DNA from: Bacteroidota bacterium
GTDB lineage: Bacteria > Bacteroidota > Bacteroidia > Flavobacteriales > Flavobacteriaceae
DNA: 64,000 nt
NCBI GenBank assembly: GCA_947460615.1
Contig: CANHHG010000001.1
Coordinates: 30,056 to 94,055, forward strand
Direction: 5' to 3'
A model generated the notes under the pieces. That model was not told where the DNA came from and ran no database searches. It saw only the letters and a program-made list of their open reading frames with translations. Both the position numbers and the translations under genes were made by a program. Position 1 is the first letter of the stretch, and every line of letters starts with the position of its first letter. Of the stretch, positions 51,784 through 60,653 are shown in pieces.

Positions 51784-52947
51784 TTATCTTTTTATAAATC
51801 GAACTGTTTTTATTGTTTTTCCAGTAGTAACATGAATGAAGTAAGTACCACTTGAAAAATTAGATAAATCAATTTGTACTTTGTTTGAATTTACTTCTTT
51901 ATTAAACAATTCTTGACCAATAATATTAATTACTTTTAACGTATTCATATCTTTAGAACAAGATAAATTCAATACATCGTTTATTGGATTTGGATAAAAA
52001 ATAAATTGAGATTCATTATTTTCATCAATTGCTAGTGGTGTACAACTACCTAAAACAACATTGGTATGGGTGTTTAAATATTCTAGAACAACATTTTTGA
52101 ATTTATCTGCAAAAAGCATTCTGTTTGAATTGCTATTTCTAACTCCATCGTAATTCAATTCCATCTGAAATCCATTAGTAGTAACCGCTGGATCAAAACA
52201 GGTATGATTTGCAGTTGTATAACCACCACTAAAATAACCTGATGTTGCACCGGGATAAGGAATTTGTTGACTTGGAACTGCAGGAAATCCTTGATTGGTT
52301 AGCAATGTTCCAAACGAATTAGGACCTCGTAATAATTGTGTGTGGGTATAATTATTTCTATTATTTAAAACTAAATTTTTAATCGAACTTTGATTTATAT
52401 AAGTTGTAGTATTTAACGTCGCTTCAGAAAGTTCAAGGTCGCTACTGCTTAATAAGTAGCCTAATTCTATTCTTTGAATGGTATGTCCATGACCATGAAG
52501 ATCTACAAATAGTATTTTATTATTGTATTGTGAATTGGCAGTATTTTGTGCCATTGTTATAAAATTGTGATACTCGTTCCATGCTGTCATTGCTTGTGAA
52601 TTATCGCAGGCACCATCAACTAAATTTCTATTACAATCTAATTTGGTTCTTTTTAAATTACAGATGATTATATGAGGATAACATCCCGTAGCCAAAAAAA
52701 GAGCTGCTTTTATTTGTTCAGCAGTTTCGATTGTGTAGGAATCAGTAACTGTTTCAGGATTATTACAAATTCTTGTAGGAATAGAAGTAGGGATCAAATC
52801 GCCACCATGAGGTACTGAAATTACAATAGGTAAATTCCCAACTTGATACTCCACATAATTGTTTGTTCCATACAATGTTTGTGATAAACATTTTGTTTGT
52901 GGATAAACCAGATAGAGGAGTAGAAGTACTACTTTTTTTATTTGCAT
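51784..52947 (-). CDS. N-formylglutamate amidohydrolase-like Zn hydrolase with T9SS CTD
   Basis: Signal peptide; ISVPHGG, D..T, R..LD.NR, DLHG, YFSGGY, QMEL motifs of the FGase fold; C-terminal YPNP...GTYF...FIKR. Confidence 0.75.
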   Translation of the reverse strand: MQIKKVVLLLLYLVYPQTKCLSQTLYGTNNYVEYQVGNLPIVISVPHGGDLIPTSIPTRICNNPETVTDSYTIETAEQIKAALFLATGCYPHIIICNLKRTKLDCNRNLVDGACDNSQAMTAWNEYHNFITMAQNTANSQYNNKILFVDLHGHGHTIQRIELGYLLSSSDLELSEATLNTTTYINQSSIKNLVLNNRNNYTHTQLLRGPNSFGTLLTNQGFPAVPSQQIPYPGATSGYFSGGYTTANHTCFDPAVTTNGFQMELNYDGVRNSNSNRMLFADKFKNVVLEYLNTHTNVVLGSCTPLAIDENNESQFIFYPNPINDVLNLSCSKDMNTLKVINIIGQELFNKEVNSNKVQIDLSNFSSGTYFIHVTTGKTIKTVRFIKR

Positions 52948-52969
52948 TTTTTTATTTTGAATGAATATT

Positions 52970-54523
52970 TTATTTACTTAAAACCTTTCCAGGTCGATTA
53001 TTGTTGTAGTTTCCATTATCAATAACTAAAACCCCATTAATAATACTGTATTTTAAACCATCGGCATACTGCGTTGTATTGGTATAATTTGCTTTATCTT
53101 TATAAGTTTTGGGATCAAAAATGATTATATCTGCAAAATATCCATCATTAATTTTCCCTCTATTTGGAATTTTAAATATAGATGCTGTTTCAGAAGAACT
53201 TCCGTTGATGAATTTTGCTACAGAAATTATGGAATCTTCTTTTACATATTTATTGTATTTTTTTGGAAACGCACCATACTTTCTTGGATGTCCTTCGTTA
53301 CCATCAGAACCTGTTACAACCCATGGTTGCTTCATAAAATTGAGTATGTCTTTTTCATTCATATTAAAAGAAGCTACTCTGGCGTATCCTTTTTCTAAAA
53401 TTTTGAAAACGGTTTCCTCAGGAGATAATTGTAAAATTGAAGCGATTTCTGCAATGTTTTTACCATCATAGTTATTCGATTCTGATTTTACAATTAGGAG
53501 TTTCTCAGGACCACCTCTTCGAGCAATATTTGCTTTTGTTTCCTTAAGAATTTTTATTTTCAACGAAGGATTTTTATACCTAACGAACAGCGAATCATTT
53601 CCCCCACTTTCTGTCCACCTGGGAACAACTGAGGCTTTAAGTCCTGTAGCAGATGCATCATAGGGATATTGATTGGCAGTAATTTTAATTCCTTCTAAAC
53701 GACTTTTTTTAATCAATTCAATAATGGCTTCACTCTCATTCCATACATCCACTCCCAAACATTTTATATGAGATATATGAATCGGCAATTTTGCTTGTCT
53801 TCCAATTTCAATAGCTTCTTTAATTGAGGGAATTAATCCTATAGAATAAGAACTCTCATCTCGTAAATGGGTATCATAAATACCACCTTTTTGAGCAACA
53901 ACCATTGCTAAATCAATTACTTCTTGTGTATCGGCATAACTTCCTGGAGAATAAAACAATCCTGTAGACAAACCAAATGCGCCGGCGTCTATTTCTTTTT
54001 TAAGTAAATTTTGCATTTCATTTACTTGTTCGGGAGTTGCTTTAATTTTGGTGTTACCTATTACTTCTTGTCTTAAAGTTCCATGTCCTGCTAGTAGAAC
54101 TACGTTGGTTCCCAAGCCATTTTTTTCAAAAACTTCCTTATATTTTATAGTGGGAAAATAACTTTCGCCATCATTTCCAACAATCACAGTAGTAACCCCC
54201 TGCATTAAAAAAGGTAAATTATGAGATGTACTTGATTTAATTAAATCTTTGTCAGCATGTGTGTGTGGATCAATTAATCCAGGACAAACAATAAGTCCTT
54301 TGGCATCAATAGTGTTAACGGTTTTTATTCTAATTAATTTTTCATTTCCTATAAAAACAATTTTATCTCCTTTAATTGCAATTGAAACATTTTTAGGAAT
54401 AGTATCAGAACCATTATAAACAATTCCGTTTTTAATTAATACATCGGCTTCAACTTTTTTCTTGGAGGCGCAGGAAAGGATTATAAATAAAAATAATACA
54501 AGAAATAACAAATGATTTTTCAT
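52970..54523 (-). CDS. N-acyl-D-amino-acid deacylase (D-aminoacylase) family lipoprotein
   Basis: Lipobox ILSC from MKNHLL (54523); PGLIDPHTHAD, QGVTT...GNDG, GLSTGL.Y.PG, HLRDE, HISHIK, YPY.AS.T, GSDG..GHPR.YG.FP, G..ADI..FDP. Confidence 0.88.
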   Translation of the reverse strand: MKNHLLFLVLFLFIILSCASKKKVEADVLIKNGIVYNGSDTIPKNVSIAIKGDKIVFIGNEKLIRIKTVNTIDAKGLIVCPGLIDPHTHADKDLIKSSTSHNLPFLMQGVTTVIVGNDGESYFPTIKYKEVFEKNGLGTNVVLLAGHGTLRQEVIGNTKIKATPEQVNEMQNLLKKEIDAGAFGLSTGLFYSPGSYADTQEVIDLAMVVAQKGGIYDTHLRDESSYSIGLIPSIKEAIEIGRQAKLPIHISHIKCLGVDVWNESEAIIELIKKSRLEGIKITANQYPYDASATGLKASVVPRWTESGGNDSLFVRYKNPSLKIKILKETKANIARRGGPEKLLIVKSESNNYDGKNIAEIASILQLSPEETVFKILEKGYARVASFNMNEKDILNFMKQPWVVTGSDGNEGHPRKYGAFPKKYNKYVKEDSIISVAKFINGSSSETASIFKIPNRGKINDGYFADIIIFDPKTYKDKANYTNTTQYADGLKYSIINGVLVIDNGNYNNNRPGKVLSK

Positions 54524-54546
54524 AATTATTTTGTTTTTTAACTTTA

Positions 54547-54582
54547 AAAAAAGGTTGCCATGAATTCTCAAACAACCTTTTT
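54547..54582 (-). terminator. Internal hairpin/attenuator after susD
   Basis: AAAAAGGTTG-N15-CAACCTTTTT. Confidence 0.55.
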
Positions 54583-54602
54583 ATTTAAAGATAAAATTAA
54601 TT

Positions 54603-56045
54603 TTATTCATTTAATTGTGTTGGGGTAAAAATGCTATTTCCCGTTGGAGCATTTGAATTGGTATTAATTTCGTCTTGCGAAATTAAAAATCGTTCTGGAT
54701 GTAATGTAACTGTTGTATTGTTAAGTGGAATTTTTACAGCAATATCATACTCATTTTTTCGCAGCCTTCTTGCATCGTTCCATGGCATGAAGGTTCCAAA
54801 TCCAGTTACATATCGTTCTTCAATAATTTCTCTTAACAAGGCTTTTGTACTATTAATATTATCAAGATTTTCCATTCCTCCATTAGCAAAATCAGAAGCT
54901 ACATAAGCTGTATATAGTTTTACATCCGTTGCGACTCTTTTATCAAAAGAATCAGCAGACGCCAAGAAGGTACGCACTTTATTAAGCTGAAGTAGTCCTT
55001 CTGTAAAATTTACTGTTCTTGTACCTGTTTCCGCTAATATTAGTAAATTTTCCTGGTACGTTACCAAATCCATCGGTTTAAATTCACCATTGATAATTGT
55101 TGTAGTTCCTGTTCCAGTTATAGAACCTGCATTAAGATGATTTCTTCTTGCTTGCTCATTTGTCTTTGCATTTCTTCTAGAAATAGTTGGAAAATTAGTT
55201 TGAGTGTCTAATAAATTCCTACAAAATGTGTTGTTTACAGATAAGTAACCAACTCTAGTTCCTATCATAAAGCGATACAGTAGATTTTCGGCCCCTGTTA
55301 ATCCAGTTGAAGGCGGTGTAAATTTCATGGTTCCAGCATAATCAGAAATTCCATTTAAAGCAGCAGCGTAGGCCAATGCATACTGTCTGGTATCTAGATA
55401 ATATCTTGCTTTTAACGTGTAGGCTGTTTTTTTCCATTTGTCTTTATTTCCTCCAAAAAAGATATCTTCTGAAAGCGTATTTTTAGTAGTTGGATTGCTA
55501 AGTAGAACAATCGCTTCGTCTAATTTTGTTTGTAAAGCATTATAAATTGAAGATTGTCTATCAAATACTGGATCGCTAATCGCTGGGTTTACTGCTTCAG
55601 AATAAGGAATATCTCCCCATATAGAAGTAGCAGTTCCTACAGCATTTGCTTCAAGCACTTTACAAATCCCTATAATTAATTGTCCTTCGGTATCGGTTCC
55701 ATTTATAGCATAATATTTATTTATTTCGCTAAACTGTTTTAACATTCCGTTATACAGATAAGTCCAAGCGCTATTTGATTCTGATGAAGATATATCGTAG
55801 TTGTATATTCCAAGATACAATGATATTTCGCCTCTATATTGACCTGTCCACATACCAGCAATTCTTTGCAGATGACTCTGATTGATTGCTATATCTGCAA
55901 GCATGGTTCCTTTTATCAATAGTGTAGGGGGTATAACCTCATCCGTTGTGATGCTGTTTGGATTGTTGTTCAATTCTTCAAAAGAACTATCGCATGAAAG
56001 CACTAAAAATAGTGTTATTATTCCAGAAATTAATTTAGTTTTCAT
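54603..56045 (-). CDS. SusD/RagB family nutrient-binding outer-membrane lipoprotein
   Basis: Lipobox VLSC, N.NPN, WGDIPYSEA, P.FD.Q..IY, LKARY, W.D.RR; directly follows susC. Confidence 0.93.
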   Translation of the reverse strand: MKTKLISGIITLFLVLSCDSSFEELNNNPNSITTDEVIPPTLLIKGTMLADIAINQSHLQRIAGMWTGQYRGEISLYLGIYNYDISSSESNSAWTYLYNGMLKQFSEINKYYAINGTDTEGQLIIGICKVLEANAVGTATSIWGDIPYSEAVNPAISDPVFDRQSSIYNALQTKLDEAIVLLSNPTTKNTLSEDIFFGGNKDKWKKTAYTLKARYYLDTRQYALAYAAALNGISDYAGTMKFTPPSTGLTGAENLLYRFMIGTRVGYLSVNNTFCRNLLDTQTNFPTISRRNAKTNEQARRNHLNAGSITGTGTTTIINGEFKPMDLVTYQENLLILAETGTRTVNFTEGLLQLNKVRTFLASADSFDKRVATDVKLYTAYVASDFANGGMENLDNINSTKALLREIIEERYVTGFGTFMPWNDARRLRKNEYDIAVKIPLNNTTVTLHPERFLISQDEINTNSNAPTGNSIFTPTQLNE

Positions 56046-56050
56046 AACTC

Positions 56051-59000
56051 TTAATATTTAATTTGTAATGTTAATAAGAAAGTTTTTGAAGCAGGATTTG
56101 TAAAATAATCTATCCCAAAACCATTACCAACACCAGTTTGATTGGTTTGCGGATCAACTCCTAATAAATTAGTCCAAATAGCTAAATTTCGCCCAGTGAG
56201 TGTAAGTGTCATAGAGGCCAATTTTGTTTTCTTTTTGAACCCTTTAGAATTTAATGTATACCCAAAAGTAAGTTCGCTTAAACGCGTCCAAGATGCATTA
56301 TTATTTACAGCAAATTCATTAATTACGGAAGCGCCAAAACCTCCGCCAATAGTTGTATAATAAGCTTCATTTAATAAAACTGGGCCTGCTCCGAAATCTC
56401 TTATGTTTCCTCGAACTGGTACACCCGCAAGATGAAGTACCCCTGCACGGTCTCTAATGTTTGTAGAAGGAATAACTTCGTTACCCACTTCTTCAGAAGT
56501 TCCAAAACTATCTAAAATAAAACGAGTACGTTCTGCAAAATCTCCTCCTTGAGATGTTTCAAACATAATATTTCCAAAAAAACCTTTGTAATCTACTTTT
56601 AAACCAAACGCTCCCCGCCAATCTGGGTTTGGGTCTCCAATTATTCCTTGTTCTGAATCTAATTGAGGAAATCCGTTAGCATCTAATTTAAAAGTTCCAT
56701 CAGTATTTCTCATTGCTCTTGTTCCCCAAAGTACTCCTAATTGGTGTCCAACAACTGCTCTAGAACTAATAGCTTCACTTGTTAATGCAAGTGAAGTTGC
56801 ACCTTGAATATCCGTTACTTCATTTTTATTATTATTAAAATTACCATAAATGGAAGCATTTAGTCCTTTTTTAGATTTTAAAAATTGCAAGTCAAAATCA
56901 AATTCCAAACCTCTATTTTTCATAGACCCACCATTTCCATATATATAATTTGCACCAGAACTTGGAGTTAACGGAATGTCAAGTAATATATTTTCTATCG
57001 TATTATAATAATAGGTACCACTTAAATTTAAACGATTATTGAAAAATTTTAAATCGGCACCCAATTCATATTCAGTTTTGATTTCAGGTTTTAAATTTCT
57101 GTTACCCAAGTTACTATTGTAACTAAATCCTCCGCCGAAAAGAAATAAGTTTAAAGGATCATCATAATCTGAATAGGTAGGAGTTTGATAAGTTGTTTGA
57201 AATTCATGTGGGTTTGGCTTTACACCAACTTGTCCTACACCCGTTCTAATTTTTCCAGAACTCAGTATTTTGCTGTTTTTAATGAAATTTAAATCAGAAA
57301 ACACCCAAGATGCATCAATAGAGGGGTATATGAAAGATCCTAACATACTAGATGCTTTTTCCATAGCAATTGACGAATTAAGAAAAAGTTGTTTTTTGTA
57401 ATCAAAAGAGGTAGAAACATAGGTTCTAAATGATGCTATTTTCCTAGTTAAATTTACTGTAGGGTCCAATTGTGAAACATTTGCAAAAGTCTGAGTCATA
57501 CTATTTATTAGAAAGTTAGTACCTTCATTGTATACACTTTTTCTTTCTCGGTCATTAAAATTATATCCAAAGATAAAATTACCATTTATTGTATTGGTCA
57601 AACTGAAAGTTTTAGTTTGGGCAATTACATCAAAATTTAATATCTTGTTGTTTATGTTATCCAGTCTAAAAGAACCGGCAGTATAACTAGCTGAATTTAC
57701 AGGTGAAAAATAACGTCTTTCGTCATTATAAGTATCGTAACTTCCTCTGAATTTCAATGATAACCATTGATTTGCTTTATAATTCAAATCAGTAGAAAAA
57801 ATAAATCGATCTACCACATTTGGTGCTTTTTGTTTGTATAATGTCCATAAAGGATTATTATAACCAGGATTTCCAAACTCCCCGATTGGGTTTCTATAGG
57901 AACGTTGTCTTTTTGGATATAATTGACCAGTAGGACTATAATAATCTCCAATATATTGTGAAATGTCAAAATCTGGTGCGTTTCTTAATAAACCTAATAA
58001 CAAACCAGCTATACTTGAGTTTTGTTGAATTCTATTTGACTCGGTATGAGCATAATCTAACTTTGTTGTTATGCTTATTTTTGGATTAAAAATATACTTT
58101 CCATTGAAACCTATATTTGTTTTTTTGTAATCACTTTCATTTATAAAACCTTTTTGATCTATATTTCCAAAACTAACTCGATAGTTTCCATCTTCATTTG
58201 CATTCCCAAAACTTAAATTATTTTTTATTGAAGTTGCATTTTGAAATACTTTGTCTTGATTTTCATCGACATATGTATTTTTAGAATTTTTAGTTTTTAT
58301 CAATAAATATTCTAATCCATCTTCTCCAATAAAATAACCTTTTTCTGCTCTGGTATAATACTCATCTGGAGCGCCTGATCTTGAAGAAATTTTATCTCCC
58401 CAGGATCCTACTGGAATTGTGTTAGTTGTTATGTTACTCAAGTCGGCAAATACACCACCTGTTCCTTGTCCATAATTTGATTGTAGCGGATGCATTTGTG
58501 CAATTTTGTCAAATGAAACCGTAGACTTAAATTCGACATTAATTTTTCCTGTTTTCTTACCTTTTTTTGTGGTAATTACCAAAACACCATTCGCTGCTTC
58601 AGAGCCCCATACAGCTGCTGCAGATGCGCCTTTAAGTACTGTAATTGATTCAATGTCATCTTCATTAATGTCATTCAATCTAGATTGTTGAGAAGTTCCA
58701 GCAACATTACTACTATTACCATATAAGTTATCGTTACTAATAGGTACTCCGTCCAATATAACTAAAGGTTGTGTATTGCCATAAATGGTATTTGCACCTC
58801 TAATTTGTATGTTTGAACCAGCGCCAGGATCACCATTTGCTCTTGCAATTCTAACACCAGAAGCTTTTCCTTGTAAAGAATTAATTACGCTTGTTTCACC
58901 AGAATTAGTTAATTGATCTGCGGTGACTTTAGAATATGTTGATCCTAATGTTCTCTTATTTACTTCCAATCCTAATGAATTGACAACAACTTCATTTAGC

Positions 59001-59299
59001 GCTTGAGCACTTTCTTCTAAAACAATATTGATTTTAATTTTATCTTTTACTGCAATTTCTTGAGAACCATATCCAATAAAATTTACAATAATTATTGCTT
59101 CTTCACTAGAAACTTTCAAACTAAATGCGCCATTAAAATCTGTGGTAGTTCCATTATTAGTACCCTTTTCTAGAATTGATGCTCCAGGCAAAGGACCAAC
59201 ACGATCGTTTACCGTTCCTGATAATGTTTTTTGCTGCGCAATTGTAATGCCACAAAAAATTAGTGTTAAGCACAATGTTAAAATTAATTTTTTATTCAT
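56051..59299 (-). CDS. SusC/RagA family TonB-dependent transporter
   Basis: N-terminal extension PLPGA.I..KGT..GT.TD..G.F, LNEVVV, IRG...QPL..LDG, DIESITVLKGASAAA.WGS.AANGV.VITTKKG, GN.NLKPE, GDPNPDW. Confidence 0.96.
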   Translation of the reverse strand: MNKKLILTLCLTLIFCGITIAQQKTLSGTVNDRVGPLPGASILEKGTNNGTTTDFNGAFSLKVSSEEAIIIVNFIGYGSQEIAVKDKIKINIVLEESAQALNEVVVNSLGLEVNKRTLGSTYSKVTADQLTNSGETSVINSLQGKASGVRIARANGDPGAGSNIQIRGANTIYGNTQPLVILDGVPISNDNLYGNSSNVAGTSQQSRLNDINEDDIESITVLKGASAAAVWGSEAANGVLVITTKKGKKTGKINVEFKSTVSFDKIAQMHPLQSNYGQGTGGVFADLSNITTNTIPVGSWGDKISSRSGAPDEYYTRAEKGYFIGEDGLEYLLIKTKNSKNTYVDENQDKVFQNATSIKNNLSFGNANEDGNYRVSFGNIDQKGFINESDYKKTNIGFNGKYIFNPKISITTKLDYAHTESNRIQQNSSIAGLLLGLLRNAPDFDISQYIGDYYSPTGQLYPKRQRSYRNPIGEFGNPGYNNPLWTLYKQKAPNVVDRFIFSTDLNYKANQWLSLKFRGSYDTYNDERRYFSPVNSASYTAGSFRLDNINNKILNFDVIAQTKTFSLTNTINGNFIFGYNFNDRERKSVYNEGTNFLINSMTQTFANVSQLDPTVNLTRKIASFRTYVSTSFDYKKQLFLNSSIAMEKASSMLGSFIYPSIDASWVFSDLNFIKNSKILSSGKIRTGVGQVGVKPNPHEFQTTYQTPTYSDYDDPLNLFLFGGGFSYNSNLGNRNLKPEIKTEYELGADLKFFNNRLNLSGTYYYNTIENILLDIPLTPSSGANYIYGNGGSMKNRGLEFDFDLQFLKSKKGLNASIYGNFNNNKNEVTDIQGATSLALTSEAISSRAVVGHQLGVLWGTRAMRNTDGTFKLDANGFPQLDSEQGIIGDPNPDWRGAFGLKVDYKGFFGNIMFETSQGGDFAERTRFILDSFGTSEEVGNEVIPSTNIRDRAGVLHLAGVPVRGNIRDFGAGPVLLNEAYYTTIGGGFGASVINEFAVNNNASWTRLSELTFGYTLNSKGFKKKTKLASMTLTLTGRNLAIWTNLLGVDPQTNQTGVGNGFGIDYFTNPASKTFLLTLQIKY

Positions 59300-59341
59300 T
59301 TTAAATATTTTATAGTTAGTAATTTATAGTAAATAATTTAA

Positions 59342-60589
59342 TTATGGTTTTATTATATAAACTAGTATTTTCATCATTTCCTTTGCTGAAACTTGACCTC
59401 TAATTACAATATCTTCTTTTGGAGTGGCATCTCCAATTTCGTAGGTTATTCCAACGGCATTGTGGCCATATAAAAACCAACCTTTAGAAACGGGTTCTTG
59501 GCTATTTCCAGAAGATTCATTCACTTTATATCCAGGAATATTTCGTTCTAAACCGGCAAACCAATAATCAATGAAATTTGGCATTGAAGTGTTTTCTCTT
59601 TTTTTATTAGTATAAAAAACATCTTTAGTGGTGGAATGAAAATCCAAACCTAAAATAATATCTCCTTCATCATCTTCTGAAGCATTATTAATGAACCTTA
59701 CAATTTGTTTAATTTCAGGCTGATTGTATACAGACCAATCTCTATTTAAATCTATTCCACCATAATTATGTCGCCAATGTCCAAGATCAACACCATCTGG
59801 ATTCGCTATCGGAAAAGCAATAATTCGGTAGGTTTTTAAAAAAATATCAGACAATTCTGAACCATCCAGGATAGTTGATAAAAAGCTTTGAAACGCATAA
59901 TAGCCTGTTGTTTCTGGAGGATGTTGGCGTGTGAGTAAAACAATAATTTTTTTATTTTTTTTATCTCCTTTATAGATGTCTAGTACTGGAATATTTTTAC
60001 CAAGTACTGAATTTCCAGCGCTTTTAACAGTTACATATTCTTTGCCTGACACAATACTCGTATACCAATTTTTAACGTCTGTTGAAGATTGGATTTCTTG
60101 AGCTGCAACCAAAATAGGTTCTTTTCTTAAATTCAGTTTAATTGTAACAATACTGTCTTTTTTATATACAAAAACAGGGTCAATAGTAGTCCAATTATTA
60201 TTTATCTTCAGTTTTGGTATGTACCTATGTTTATAGTCTTTAGGGTATCGAAAAGTAAAATAAAAAGGCTTTGGTGTACTTGACCAAGTTGTGAAAGCAT
60301 AATAACCACTATTATTAATTGGAGAATTTTCGGGTTTTATTATTACAATAGCAGTACTGTCGTTTTCTAGAGTAAAGTCACTTAATCTCGCCCCATCAAA
60401 TTCATTACTCGCAAAAACACCCGCTTTTTCTAACTCGAATGTTTTTTTTGTTTGTAATTCAATTGGCTTAGTTTTAGTATTTACTGGAGAGTTAAAAGAT
60501 ACCGATTGTTGAGCATTAACACTTTTGGTTAATCCAAAAACAAGTATAAGTGAAAAAATATCGATTATTGAAGTTTTATTAATTTTCAA
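59342..60589 (-). CDS. M14 zinc carboxypeptidase (Nna1/CCP-like), exported
   Basis: Signal peptide; N-terminal beta domain; RQHPPE (HxxE), NPDG, R.N..G.DLNRDW, DFHS, TYEIG; TTG start uncertain. Confidence 0.85.
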   Translation of the reverse strand: MKINKTSIIDIFSLILVFGLTKSVNAQQSVSFNSPVNTKTKPIELQTKKTFELEKAGVFASNEFDGARLSDFTLENDSTAIVIIKPENSPINNSGYYAFTTWSSTPKPFYFTFRYPKDYKHRYIPKLKINNNWTTIDPVFVYKKDSIVTIKLNLRKEPILVAAQEIQSSTDVKNWYTSIVSGKEYVTVKSAGNSVLGKNIPVLDIYKGDKKNKKIIVLLTRQHPPETTGYYAFQSFLSTILDGSELSDIFLKTYRIIAFPIANPDGVDLGHWRHNYGGIDLNRDWSVYNQPEIKQIVRFINNASEDDEGDIILGLDFHSTTKDVFYTNKKRENTSMPNFIDYWFAGLERNIPGYKVNESSGNSQEPVSKGWFLYGHNAVGITYEIGDATPKEDIVIRGQVSAKEMMKILVYIIKP

Positions 60590-60611
60590 AATAACATGAT
60601 TTACTTGTAAA

Positions 60612-60646
60612 AGAAGTATCCTTTTAAAATTTAAAAGGATACTTCT
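60612..60646. terminator. Perfect 16-bp stem-loop between the adhesin and M14 genes
   Basis: AGAAGTATCCTTTTAA-aat-TTAAAAGGATACTTCT; weak U-tract. Confidence 0.7.
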
Positions 60647-60653
60647 ATAATAG

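Noticed and set aside
60586-60597. Out-of-frame ATG (MLF-stop) 8 nt upstream of the M14 TTG start, suggesting a frameshift in a T-run
   Set aside because: The run is only 4 nt, and the TTG start already yields a plausible signal peptide; no support for phase variation.
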